This document shows positions 26,880-39,643 of a stretch of DNA of 64,000 nt, one piece after another. The position numbers and the translations under genes are program-made. The DNA lies in assembly GCF_963921235.1 (NCBI RefSeq), contig NC_086107.1, positions 110,114,001-110,178,000 on the forward strand, read 5' to 3'. Under the pieces are notes generated by a model. The model saw nothing but the letters and a program-made list of their open reading frames with translations. It had not been told where the DNA came from and searched no databases. Source of the DNA: Mobula hypostoma (taxonomy: Eukaryota). Within the stretch, counting starts at the first letter, position 1. Every line of letters starts with the position of its first letter.

Positions 26880-27534
26880 CTAAAGTGTCAGATACAATAA
26901 AATTCTTCTGTTATCAATGTAAGAGCACGCTGTATCAAGACAAGCATGTACAGTAACAAAACAAGTTACAACAGAACAACACTAGTTATCTAAAAATGTA
27001 AATCCTCCAAACCAAAGTCTTTGAACGTTCTTCCCCCTTCAAGAGAATGGACATGCAGAGGAGGTTTCCGATAGTGGGAGATTCTAGGACCAGAGAGCAC
27101 AACCACAGAATAGAAGGACGTCCCTTTTGAATAGAGATGAAGAGGAGCTTCTTTTGCCAGAAGGTGGTGAATCTGTAGAATTTATTGTCACAGACGGCTG
27201 TGGAGGCCAAGCCACTGGGTACATTTAAAATGGAGGTTGATAGGTTGTTGATTAGTAAGGGTGTCAAAGGTTACGAGGAGAAGGCAGGCGTTTGGGGTTG
27301 AGAGGGATAATAAACCAGCCCTGATTGAATGGCGGAGCAGTCTTGATAGGCCAAATGACCAATTTTTCTCCAAAGACTTAAGGTTTTATGCTTTATGTTT
27401 TTTTGTGATCAGATTTGTGACAAAACCATTGAGTAAATCTGCATCTCTTTATCATCAGCAGAATGGAGTGAGAATCTGAGACCTGGGAGTTCCTACCAAT
27501 TCACAGAATAAACAAACCTAAGGTGAGTAAATCC

Positions 27535-27820
27535 ATGGTAGCATAACAGTTAGCACCGTGCTATTACAGCTCAAAGGGGGGGGGGTGCAGAGTTCGGAGG
27601 TCAATCCTGGCATACTCTGCAAGGAGTCCCTGTGAAATGTGTGGGTTTTCCCTGGGTCCTCTGGTTTCCTCCCACATTCCAAAGACCTACCAGGTAGGTT
27701 AACTGGAAATTGTAAACCGTCCCGTGATAAGGTTAGGGTTAAATTGGGGTCGTTGGGGGATGCTGGGGCACTGTGGCTCAAAGGGCTGGAAGGGGCAATT
27801 CCACACTGTATCTCTAAATA
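27535..27820 (+). mobile_element. V-SINE/HE1-like tRNA-derived SINE (copies also at ~8970-9170, 11440-11690, 20975-21220, 21305-21570, 42975-43250, 49020-49270, 55150-55435 minus, 56160-56420)
   Basis: Shared core gtgggtttcct(c)tgggtgctccagtttcctcccacattccaaagac preceded by a B-box-like g(a/g)ttcaat(t/c)c. Confidence 0.75.
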
Positions 27821-28962
27821 AAATAATTTTAAAAATAGAACACCAGCACCTTTTGGACTTATGCCTGTAATATTCACATCCAATAAGTATGCACCCTTCC
27901 TCTACAGTATCCAATAATGCTCTAACATTTCTTGGGGCTCTTTCCAGTAACATTGAATTTATCTTCAGGTGTATTATTGACACCATCTTCAAGCCCATGT
28001 TTATGAAGGAGCACAGATTCCCAGCCTCTCAGCTAGCATCACATTATTAGATTACCTTGTTATTTATCAGGTTACTGACCATAGGAGTCTGTGTATCCAA
28101 TCGTTTGCAAAGACTCCATAGCACAATTCAATCTGACTGTGAAGTGTTTTTCAACGTGCTGGTTCTGTGCAAAGCCTGACAGCAGGACAAACCAGAAAAC
28201 CCAGGCCAACTACTTTGGGCCCCATCTCTAAGAAAGGATGAGCTGGTGTTGGAGAGTCCAGAGGTAGTTGATGAGCATGATCAAAATCAGGTTTAATATC
28301 ACAGGCATATGTCATGAAATTTGTTGAATGCTAGGAATGAAACAGCTAACATATGAGGAGCATTTGATGCCTCTGTGCCTGTACTGGCTGGAGTTTAGAA
28401 GAAAAATGGGGGGGAATCTCATTGAAACCAACTGAACATTGAAAGGTTTAAGTGGGAGTAGATGTGGTCTAGATGTTTCCAATAGTGGAGGAGTCTAGGA
28501 CCAGATGACACAGCTTCAGAATAGAGGATGTCTCTTCATAACAGAGATGAGGAATTTCTTTAACCACAGGATGGTGAACCAGGGAATTCATTTCCACAGA
28601 TGAGTACGGGGCCAGGTGATCAGGTATACTTGAAGCAGAGGTTGATAGGTACTTAACTAGTAAGGACGTCAAAGGGAATGGGAGGAAGACAGGAGAATGG
28701 GGTTGAGAAGGAAAATAAATCAACCACGATTGAATGCTGGAACAAACTCAATGGGCTGAATGGCCTAATTCTGCTTTATCATCTGTTGGATCAAGCAATT
28801 ACCAGTGTGATTTGATCTAAACTTGCACTGAGTGACAGGAAATTAGTAAAACCATAAATCTGTCCCTTTCCTATCCTCGTTGTAGTTTCTTTTTATTATT
28901 ACACTAGATTTGTCTCTAAACAACAGAGCACTCAGTGGCAGAGAAACTGGACAAGTGGTCTA

Positions 28963-29331
<369 letters not shown>

Positions 29332-31127
29332 TCAATGTCCAATAAGTACAGACTGCCTCAATATTTATGATTTACAGCAAGTGAGAGGTATATATGAATG
29401 AAATACTCTCCTGGCCGTACCTAGGCATTATAAACAACAGCAAGGCTTGGGGCTACGTACAGCTGGACAGCAGGTCAATCAGAAAACCTAAGCCAACTAC
29501 AGGGAAGGTTTATGAGTACAATCCCGGAATGAAAAGGTTCACAAATGAGCAGCATTTGAGGGCTCTGGGCCTGTACTTATTGGACTTCAGGAGAACGAAG
29601 GGGGATCTCATTGAAACCTACTGAATATATGAAATAATTACTCTATTAACACAAGAGATTCTGCAGATGCTGGAAATCCAAAGCCATACACACAAAATGC
29701 TGGGGGAGCTCAGCACGTCAGGCAGCATTTATAGAGGGGAATGAACAGTTAATATTTTGGCTCAAGACCCTTTTTCAGGACTGGAAAGGAAGGAGGAAGA
29801 AACCACAATAAGGTGGTGGGGGAGGTGATGGGTGAGAGGGGAATGTGGGGGCTGAGGTAAGAAGCTAGGCGGGGTATGTGGAAGAGATAATGGGGTGAAC
29901 AAGGAGAAATCTGACAGGACAGTGGACCATGGAAGAAAGGGAAGGAGGAGGGAACTAGAAGGAGGTAATGGGCAGGTGAGGAGAAGAGAATGGGTGAGAA
30001 GGTAAACAGAATAGGGAATACAAAAAGAGAGAATGAGGGAGAGGGGAAAGAATACCGAAAGTTGGAGAAATAAATGTTTATGCCCTGTAAGTGGAACGAA
30101 CTCAGATATAACAGCTCAAAAATGCACATTCAAGAAGCACTGGGGATCAGCCACAGAAGTGTAGATCAACATTCTCTGTATAAAATAGGTGATTCAGCAC
30201 GGCAACTTTAAAAGGATCCAGTGCTGAATCACCTGCATGTCATGACAGCAGAGAATAAAGCTCTGTATATATTTGCATGTCAGAGAAGTGCAAATATAAA
30301 ATATTTAGTTTGTGCCTTTTGCTCCTTCAAGGTACCGTAAAGCACTTATGAAGTCTAGTTCCTGCAGCAGTGTGGAAAATACAGCAGCTAATTTGCACAT
30401 GGCAAACTCCCAAATCAATTACAAACTTGTTCCAGCGCTCTGCAGGCTCCGAGACGATTCCAGGAGACAGAGGCAACAGCAGCATGTGCAAACCTCGCCG
30501 ATTAAAGCGCTGAGGGAGATTGAAGCATCGAAGTGAGTGCAGAGGGTGAGCACCGGCTGCCTGTCTTTTGATCCGATGCTCTGTACCAAAGGCAGAGCCT
30601 GCTGCTGTGCGCGGAGAGTGTTGCCCAGGTTTTTTCTGCATTTGGATGTGGACTTGGACTATGAAGTCTTTTTTTTCCAGTCTTTTAGTTTTTTTATATT
30701 CCGTATTTTTTCACCCAATGTCCTCAGTAATTTTTTTGTGTGTGGAGGGAAATTTGGGGGTCGATGTGCCTGTTAAGTTTTATTTGTTTTCTTTATTCAG
30801 GAGGAGAGATTTGGAGGTTGAAGTGCCTAATCCCTGTGTGTTCGTTTGTTTTTGCAGGGAGGTGGGATTTGGGGTGGGGGGGTGGTTGATGATTATGCTG
30901 CCTTTCTTGGTTTCTTGGCTGCCTGGAGAATTGAAGAATTTCAGAGTTGTATTCTTTGATAATAACATGAACCTTCTGTTGGGTGCAGTCATTCTACTGT
31001 GTTTCTTGGTATTTACCGTGAATGCCCGCAAGAAAATGAATCTCAGGGTTGTACATGGTGATATATATGTACTCTGACCATAACTTTACTTTGAACTTTG
31101 AGTACACCACTACCCCTATGAACTTAC

Positions 31128-31302
31128 CTGCTTCACAACTGGTGGGCAGTGTCTGTAGAGACCTGCTGATGTTGCCTTTCATGTCCCTGCTCAATAAACG
31201 GGGAGATGACCCAATCCAGCTGGGCTCCTCCCAGCTTTGCTTTGCTGATCTCAAGTCCATTTTGCTGGGGCTATTGGGGGCACTGATCGCTCGGTCATAC
31301 AT
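31128..31302 (-). CDS. MIEF1: MiD51 coding exon 2
   Basis: MYDRAISAPNSPSKMDLRSAKQSWEEPSWIGSSPRLLSRDMKGNISRSLQTLPT; AG/GT; 175 bp. Confidence 0.95.
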
Positions 31303-32498
31303 CTGTAAGATAAAGGCAAAGGCTTACAAGAACCTCCAAGTAACAGGTAATGTTTTCCAGTAGTCAAAGGAAGACAGCAACACGAAGTAAAAATCCCATT
31401 CAAGCAAATTTTAGTTATATCGTTACTACATTTCTCAAGCCTGCTGAGATAACAACTAGCTACATTCAGTGGCCACTTTATTAGGTACTGTACAGCTGCT
31501 TGTTAAGGCAAATATTTAATCAGCCAACCACGCAGCAGCAACTCGAAGCATAGAAGCATGGAGACATGATCAAGAGGTCCAATATCAGATTGGGGAATAA
31601 ATAGATCTAAGTGACTTTGACCGTGGAATGATTGTTGGCATCAGATAGGGTGGCTTTGAGTATCTCAGAAACTGCAGATCTACTGGGATGTTTGTGCAGG
31701 ACAGTCTCTAGACTTCAGAGAGAATGGTGCACGAAACAAAAAAAACATTCAGTAAGCAGCAGTTCCGTGGGCAAAATAGTTTTATTAATGTGAGAGGATG
31801 GTCAGAATGGTGCAAGCTGACGGGAAAATGGCAGAATCTCAAATAACCACACGTTTCAACAGCTGTGTGCAGAAAAGCATCTCTAAAGACGCAACAGGTT
31901 GAACTTTGAAGTGGATGGCCTACAGCAGCAGAAGACCACACCAGGTACTACTCCTGTACCTAATAAAGTGATCACCGAGTGCACTTTGATAAAAATAGGA
32001 CGTCAAAGTTGTTCATGAGGAAGTTATCAAATGAAACCCAAGTGTGGAAATAAGGACAAATGACTAAAGCTTGTGAAATTATTGGTTTTAACAAATAGAA
32101 AAGAGAGGCAAGTTTACAATGAAATATGAAAACTTAAGAGCCTGGACAGCTGAAGACTCATGTGCCAAAGATAGAGGGTTTAAAACAGGATGCTCTAGAG
32201 GCAGAATTGGAAGGTCACAAATATATTGTAGACAGGAATGATAACAGAAATAGAGAAGGGCGGCGTCCAGAGCAATTTGAAAAATCTGAAGCATCATCAG
32301 GGAAACAGTAAGCATGCACAGCCTCAAAGATGGATCTTTTCATGAATTACAATACATATTTGAGACCTCTGTTGCATACATTCATACATGGTGCAAAGTG
32401 AAAACCAATTTCTCTATTACTGTCTAAAAATAACTATTTGAAAATTTTAAGCTGGAGAAAATGGTGCAGATATGTTGAAAACTGAAGAGCATTCTTAC

Positions 32499-32642
32499 CC
32501 TCTTTACAGCCAATGTTGCAATGCCTAACATCGCAGCACCACCAACACCTAACACCAGCCGGGCATTTGAGAGGACAAAGTCAATGGCATTCCCAACTCC
32601 ATTGTCTCCTTTCTTGTTTTTCCCTTCTCCCATACCAGCCAT
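32499..32642 (-). CDS. MIEF1: mitochondrial elongation factor 1 (MiD51), first coding exon (exon spans 32499-32658); N-terminal TM anchor
   Basis: MAGMGEGKNKKGDNGVGNAIDFVLSNARLVLGVGGAAMLGIATLAVKR; Kozak ATAATGG; GT donor. Confidence 0.95.
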
Positions 32643-33247
32643 TATGAACAAAGAACACCTAGTGAAAAAATAATAGTGTCAATATTATTCTTTACTTAAA
32701 ATGTGTCAAAATGCATTCTCCTTTAGTTAAACATCGATTGGGTGGTAGCTGATGAGGAAGGAAGGTGGTCATGGAACCAAAAAATACTACCTACTAACCT
32801 TAAGCACAAAGAGATTCTGCAGATGCTGAAAATGCAGAGGAACACACACAAAATGCTGGAAGAACTCAACATGTCAGGCAACGTCTATGGAGAGTTGACA
32901 TTTCAAGTCAAGTCAAGTCGCTTTTTATTGTCATTTTGACCATAAACTGCTGGTACAGTCCACAGTAAAACCAAAACAACATTCTTCCAGGACCATGGTG
33001 CTACATGAAACAACACAAAACTACACTAGACTAAGTGAGTCAACACAAAAACTACACTAGACTGCAGACCTACACAGGACTACATAAAGTGCACAAAACA
33101 GTGCAGGGCAGTACAACAAATAATAAACAAGACAATAGGCACAGTAGAGGACAAATTACAATACAATAATAAATGATGTAGTTGTCAATCTAGAATCTGG
33201 GTATTAAGGAGTCCTATGGCTTGGGGGAAGAACCTGTTGCACAGTTT

Positions 33248-33411
33248 AAAAATGGTTGAGAACCCTTGATCTATGGAGGGGAGTGAGTAGCTGATGTTCC
33301 AGGCCAAGACCCTTCATCAAGACAGTTCACATAGGGTCCTGATGAAGCGTCTTGGCATGAAACATGAGCTACTCACTCCCCTCCATAGATCACGGGCTCT
33401 CAACCATTTTT
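33248..33411. repeat. ~76-bp imperfect inverted repeat
   Basis: Arms 33248-33323 and 33336-33411 are reverse complements; 12-nt spacer. Confidence 0.85.
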
Positions 33412-33463
33412 ATGCCATGAACCCCTACCAATAACTGAGGGGGGGGGGGTCCATGGACCCCTG
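33391..33463. mobile_element. tiny hAT-type MITE
   Basis: 8-bp duplication ccatagat (33383-33390, 33464-33471); ends cacggg...cccctg. Confidence 0.65.
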
Positions 33464-33710
33464 CCATAGATGCTGCCTGTCCTGCTGAGTTCCTCCAGCA
33501 TTTGGTGCTTGTACCTACTGATCTTAAACAGCTTCATGCACAGATGCAGCCTAATGCATTAACCGACAAGACCTGAGAATCATCCTGATATGTCAGATGA
33601 CCCTGGGTCAAATCCCAATGTGGGTCTCAAATGCAGTACAAGCTCAGAAGCAACACTAATAATTCATGCATTACTTCCAATACATATTATTGTTTATATG
33701 GTTGTCATAG

Positions 33711-34215
33711 CCAGGGGTGGTAGTGGGGATAAGTTCCAACCACCTGTTAAATGCTCCCAATGACGTGCATCTCAAGTAGCCTCTGACAACTAAGTTCAGC
33801 TCCTGGTCTTAGCTACTAAGCCCAACGGAACCATTTCCCCGGACAGGAGAGGCAAAGGTGGGTTAATGATGCCTTAAAATCAGTTGGTCATCAGCCGTGG
33901 CTGGCAGTTCATCTAGGAAAAGGAAAACTCTGACTTCAAACTTCTGCCGCCTTGCAGCTGTACCCATTCATGGAGTAAACCCCGAGAAAAGTTCCAGAGC
34001 TGGAGTCCCTGAGGCAGCCTTACGCTGACTGTCAACTCCCGCGACCCCGCTGGTTCCAAACTGTATTGGTCTTTGCCGCTCATCAGCCGCTTGGAGAGGG
34101 GGAGCCTGATATATAGGCAACAGCTTACTCTCTATATCCTACTGGCCTGACTTTCACAGCAGCTTGCATATCACGCAATTTCCACAGTCGACCCTGACCG
34201 ACAAAGGACCTTAAA
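33711..34215 (+). mobile_element. non-coding interspersed element, possibly Ingi/Vingi-derived; related element at 44200-44790
   Basis: Both share ggagtaaaccc..ga.aaa.tccagag.tggag.ccc..aggc.gc; family name is a tentative recollection. Confidence 0.4.
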
Positions 34216-35077
34216 GAAAAGGAAACACAATTTCTATAAGACCCAGAAACAGAATTAGGCCATTCGGCCCATTAAATCTGCTCCCACCATTCAATCAGGG
34301 CTGATTTTTTCACTTTCAACCTCTTTCTCTTCATAACATTTGAATTGTGCACCCCTTTGCTTAACACATTGTGTTCCTATTTATGAAACCCAACACACTA
34401 TCAAAATCAATGTAAGTCAATGGACTTCGCAGATGTCCATGATACAATCGGACAGTTAAGCATGTTTAAGATACCAAATGGAATCCTCCAGTATGAATCA
34501 GAGGAAAACTCTGGCTAAATTTCCAAACTTATTAACTGGCCGATGATTTCACTGAAATTAATAATGGAATGGTTTTGTACTGGAATGGAAATAAGCCAAA
34601 AGCTTCCTTATTGGTTAAGAACATAAGAAACAGAAACAGGAGATCCTTTGAACCTGTTCTACGACTGACAGATTATGACTGACTTTCTTCCTCAGGGACA
34701 TTTTTCTAGCATTATTCCCTTATCTCTTGGTTCCTTTAATACCCTGGATGGATTGCAATTGTGAGTGGATATTGGTGCAGAAGCAGTTGGTCACTCCCAA
34801 AGACTTTCAAGCCTCTTGCTTGAATCACTGTGTTCCTCCGATCAAGGGGCTGCCATAATGGTGTCAAGGCACTCCAGAATCTAGTGGCAATGAAGAAATA
34901 GTGATATACAGTAGACTCCAGGTAATTGGGACCCATTGGGACCAATACATTTTGGCCCAATTAATGATTTGCCAACAGTGGGCTTACAAAACTCCAAACG
35001 TGGAAGGCTTAAAAGAGATGAATTATATTTACATTGGGACTTAAAAACTTACCAAGATACTTCAAATCAGATGCAAA

Positions 35078-35290
35078 TTAAACCAGGCCTCCAAGTTTGT
35101 TCTCAAGAAAATAGAGACCTTTTTCCAGTTGCTTCACCTTCTCTTCGTCCCCGGTGAGATGCTGGTTTTTCCTGAACTCCCGTTTGATGAACAAATAGTA
35201 GAACTCTCGGTCAGTGTAACGCAGACTGCGGCCCTCGCGCAGGAGAGCTCGGTAAAGGTTCAACACAGCCACACGAGACCAGGTCGCCAT
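35078..35290 (-). CDS. MIURF: altMiD51 / MIEF1 upstream ORF microprotein, LYR-motif (LYRM) family, 70 aa
   Basis: [45 protein letters not shown]...[11 protein letters not shown] tripeptide plus downstream conserved F (REFR); same length as and clearly similar to recalled human altMiD51; contained in exon 35053-35359 (AG...GTAAGT) upstream of the MIEF1 CDS. Confidence 0.95.
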   Translation of the reverse strand: MATWSRVAVLNLYRALLREGRSLRYTDREFYYLFIKREFRKNQHLTGDEEKVKQLEKGLYFLENKLGGLV

Positions 35291-35330
35291 GACAAGTGAC
35301 TCAACTGGGAAAATTGGGACCGTTCTCCAA

Positions 35331-35357
35331 TCAGAACGAGATGATCATCTCTGCCAT
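35331..35357 (-). CDS. short uORF2 (MAEMIISF*) at the start of MIEF1 exon 2
   Basis: ttctcag|GT ATG GCA GAG ATG ATC ATC TCG TTC TGA; +4 G context. Confidence 0.5.
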   Translation of the reverse strand: MAEMIISF

Positions 35358-36005
35358 ACCTGAGAAACAGAAAGGGAGAAAGAAAACTGACTCACTTCAA
35401 TGGAAGCAGTTACTGAAGAACTTGCAGAGAAAAAATAAGCAGCCAACATTGTCAAACCGGAATCTTTTGCATCATTCATCATCTTGAAAGACTGCCTGCC
35501 TTTTCAGTTTAGTCAGTTATATCGGATGAAACTCTCCAATCCACTAACCCTGGAACCTGACTGGAGCCAGATTATAGAAACTCCAGACCACAGAAATTGA
35601 AACCACAGCTTCTATTACAACCCCACTCTTCTGCCTTCTCCCAGTAACCTTTGATGTCCTGACTAATCAAGAGCCTATCAACCTCCACTTTAAATATACT
35701 CAATGACTCCACAGCTGTCTGTGGCAATGAATTCCAAAGATTCACCAACCTCCTGCTACAGAAATTCCCTCTCAACTCTATTCTAAAGCAATGCCCTTAT
35801 ATTCTGAGGCTGTGGCCTCTGGTCTTAGGCTCTCCCACTATAGGAAACGTCCTCTCCAAGTCCATTCTATCTATCCTGATCGGGGGGGGGGGGGGGCTAC
35901 GTAGGTGCACCAAGGGTAGGTGCACCAAGGGTGACCTACAGGCTAGCTGAGGGAAGGAACACCTTACACCTCCTTTGGTAGAATCGTATCTCCACCTGAA
36001 ACCCA

Positions 36006-36170
36006 TCAAAGTTGCTGGTGAACGCAGCAGGCCAGGCAGCATCTCTAGGAAGAGGTACAGTCAACATTTCGGGCCGAGACCCTTCCTAGAGATGCTGCCT
36101 GGCCTGCTGCGTTCACCAGCAACTTTGATGTGTGTTGCTTGAATTTCTAGCATCTGCAGAATTCCTCGTG
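36006..36170. mobile_element. palindromic Penelope terminal-repeat insertion in MIEF1 intron 1
   Basis: 15-bp duplication tccacctgaaaccca (35991-36005, 36171-36185); ~49-bp perfect inverted arms. Confidence 0.88.
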
Positions 36171-37856
36171 TCCACCTGAAACCCACTACCATTAAGAATC
36201 TTAAAATGACCTCTTATATTACAGGTGAACCCTTGACCTCAATCTATCTTGTTGTGGCCTTTGCACCTTATTTGGATCATAAATTCACCTCATTATTAGT
36301 TAAATTATTTGTGGTAATGTCACTCCATGTGTTGTGTGAGTTATACGTACTGTGTTGTGCGCTATAGTGTCCGTAGGAACACTGTTTCATTTGGTGGTAT
36401 ACATCTATGGCTGAATGACAATAAACTGAACTTGAACTTGTTCATAAACCTGCATCCCTAATTGTCTGTAACACCACATTCTGCATTCTGTTCTGATTTA
36501 TTTTGTACTAGCTCAATGTACTTGAACCTGGAACGATCTGCCCGACTGCATGCAAACAGAAGCAATTCACTATATTTCATGATATGTAACAGTAATTAAC
36601 TATTTACTAGAGCAAAGAGTAGACACCCTGATGTGTGTTATGTACAGGCCTCTGAACAGTAGCCAGGGTGTGCAGTACAAATATGATTATTATTAAGGAG
36701 AAGGTGCTTGGGAAGTTGAAAGGTCACCCGAACCAGATGGATTGACTATACCCCCGGGTTCTGAAAGAGATAGTTGAAGAGATTGCGGAGAGACATTAGT
36801 AGTGATCTTTCAAGAATTACTAGCTTCTGAAATGATTCCAGAGGACTAGAAGATCACAAGTGTCATTCCACTCTTTAAGAAGGGAGGGAGGCAAAAGACA
36901 GGAAATTATAGGTCATTTATAGTGGTTGGCAAGATGTTAAGCGTCCAATATTAAGGATGAGGTTTCAGGGTACTTGGAAGCACATGATAAAATAGTCAGA
37001 AGTCAGCATGAATTCCTTGGGGGGAGATCATGCCTAACAAATCTGTTGGAATTCCTTGAGGAAATAACAAGCAGGATAGACAAAGGGAAGTTGCTAGATG
37101 TTGTTTACTTGGATTTTCAGAAGACCTTTGACAAGGTGCCACACATGAGGCTGCTTAATAAGAGCCCATGGTATTACAGGAAAGATACTAGCATGGATAG
37201 AAGATTGGCTGACTGGCAGAGTAGGAATAAGGGAGCCTCTTTCGATTGGCTGCAGTGGTGTTCCGCAGGGATCGGTGTTGGTTCAGTAACTTGTCACGCT
37301 AATGATCTGTATGAGGCTTTGTGGCTAAGTTTGCAGGCAATACAAAGATAGGTGGAGGGACAGGTAGTGTGGAGGAAACAGGGAGCCGGAAAGACCCGAA
37401 GAGATTAGAGAATGGGCAAAGAAGTGGCAAATGGAATGCAGTACAGGGAAGTGTATGGTAATGCACTTTGGTAGAAGCAATAAAGGCACTGACTATTTGC
37501 TAAACAGGGGGCAGATTCAGAAATTGGAGGTGCAAAGGGACTTGGGAGTCTTCGTGCTGGATTCCCTAAAGTTTACTTGCAAGTTGAGTCGATGGTATAG
37601 AAGGCAAATGCAATGTTACCATTCATTTCAAGAGAACTAGAATATAAAAACAAGGATGTAATGCTGAGTCTTTACAAGACATTGGTCAGATGACATTTAG
37701 AGTATTGTGAGCAGTTTTGGGCCTCATATCTGAGAATGGATATGCTCCAAAAAAGGACAAGGAGAGAGTGCAATTTATCTGGGGAATGAAAGAGTTAAAG
37801 TAGGAGGAGAGTTTGATGGTTCTGGGCCTGTACTCACAGGAGTTTAGAAGAATGAA

Positions 37857-37916
37857 GTGGGTGAGTGGGTGAGTGGGTGGGTGAGTGAGTGGGTGGGTGG
37901 GTGGGTGGGGGGGGGA
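37857..37916. repeat. (GGGT/GAGT)n simple repeat
   Basis: gtgggtgagtgggtgagtgggtggg... Confidence 0.85.
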
Positions 37917-37931
37917 GATTTCAGAGAAGCC

Positions 37932-38790
37932 TCATCATCATCATCAGGTGCCATGCCCAGTTTGAGCTTTGACTGCTATGGCCCACACATTCCTGTGTCC
38001 AGTCAAGTGGATCAATTCATTGGTATTCATTTTCAGTTCTCTGGCTGCTATCTCCATCATCATTTGTCTTTGCCTTCCTCTTGTTTTCTTCCCTTCAATC
38101 TTTCCCGTAATTACCGTGCACTCTAACTCCTCTTTCCTAGTCACATGTCCAATGAAGTCACGTTGCCTTTTCATGATCTCATACATTATTTCTCTTTTTG
38201 TGCTTGCTGTTCCTCATTAGACATTCGTTTCGTCCATGATATTCTTTGCATCCTCAAAAACCACATCTCTGCTGTTTCACTCGTTTCCTCATGTTACCAG
38301 ATATTGTCCAACATTCTGAGCCATACTGGATAAACATAACATTTCAGTGCTCTGAAGCGGGCTGTCATACCTAGTTTAGTATTGGTCAGTATACTCTTCC
38401 TTCTCGTAAAGGTGTCTTTTGCCATCCCTATTCTTCTTTTGATGTCCATGTCGCACCTGCCATCTGATGTCACCCAGCTTCCTAAGTAGCAAAAGTTCTG
38501 TACTTGTTTTATGTCTTCCCTGTTTATTCTCAGCCTGCAGATAGGATTCTCCTTCTTTTTGGATATCATCATACATTGCCTTTTTGCAATTGATAGATAG
38601 ACCCATTTTTGCACTTTCTTCAATGACTATATCAATTAAGTTTTGTAGTTCTTCCTCCGTACTTGCAATTAACACAGTGTCATCGCAAATCTAAAATTAT
38701 TGATGTTTTCACCGCCAACTTTGATTCCCAAGATGTCTCTTATTTTTTGTAATATTCTTTCACTGTACACATTAAACCAATCAGGGAAGA
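37932..38790 (-). mobile_element. RTE (BovB-like) LINE 3' part
   Basis: KVGGENINN..F.DDTVLIASTEEELQNL, QVQNFCYLGSWVTSDGRCDMDIKRRIGMAK, GKIEGKKTRGRQR; (TGA)n tail. Confidence 0.9.
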
Positions 38791-39643
38791 AGTCTACCAA
38801 ATATTTAAAGGCCTAGACAGAGTGAACATGAAGAGTACTCTTCCGATAGTGGGAGAGTCCAGGATCAATGGCACAGACTCAGAATAGAAGAATGTCCCTT
38901 TAGAACAGAGAATGAGAAGGCATTTCTTTTGCCAGAGGTTGGTGATTATGTGGAATTTATTGCCACAAATGGCTGTGGAGGACAAGTCATTGGGTATATT
39001 TAGAGCGGAAGTTGCTAGGCTCTTTATTAGTATGTTAAAGGAAGAAGACAGGAGAATGAAAATGTACTTGAAAATATACCAGGTATGATCGAAAGGCGGA
39101 GCAGACTGACTGGCAGAATGGTCTGATTCTGCTCCTATGATTTAAGAAATGACAGGACTGCACCATTACATGTGACAAGCGGTTCACTGAAATGAGGCCT
39201 GGATAAGGGGAGAAAGCAAAGGAAAAGGGAGTTTATATGTAGCGCCTCCCTCGCTTTTTCCACTGTCACATCCCAAACCCGACTGCCCCATAAACAAAAC
39301 GTGAAGGGAAGCCATTTCCTTTGTGACCGAGTGAACGCGGGCCGTTAACCACTTCCTCGCCACAACGCTGGTTGTTGGTTTAACAGGTCCCACAGCCTCC
39401 CCAAAGTTCAGCAGCCCAGGGTCGATAGCCCCGCCCACGCCTCTCCCATTGGACCATTCTTCCCAGTTCGGTCACCTTATTGGTCGGGCCCCTTGTCAAT
39501 CTTTCCTACCGGGGCCGTAGTCACTCGATTAAAAAATGATGATGGCAGCTCACTTCACATTAAGTAACCGGAAGAACAGTATTAAATGACCACCCCTGAA
39601 TCCTCCGCGTCAAGTATAAAGCCGCTTCATTAATATTATTTAC

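Larger units (their letters stand above)
36690..39140 (+). mobile_element. degenerate CR1 LINE ORF2, interrupted by an RTE insertion
   Basis: SCLTNLLEFLEEIT...DVVYLDFQKTFDKVPH; CMVMHFGR; frameshifted. Confidence 0.88.

Noticed and set aside
35078..35290. independent LYRM gene, or an N-terminal extension of MiD51
   Set aside because: It has its own stop, a GTAAGT donor 25 nt later and a 41-nt out-of-frame spacer to MiD51, matching the known bicistronic layout
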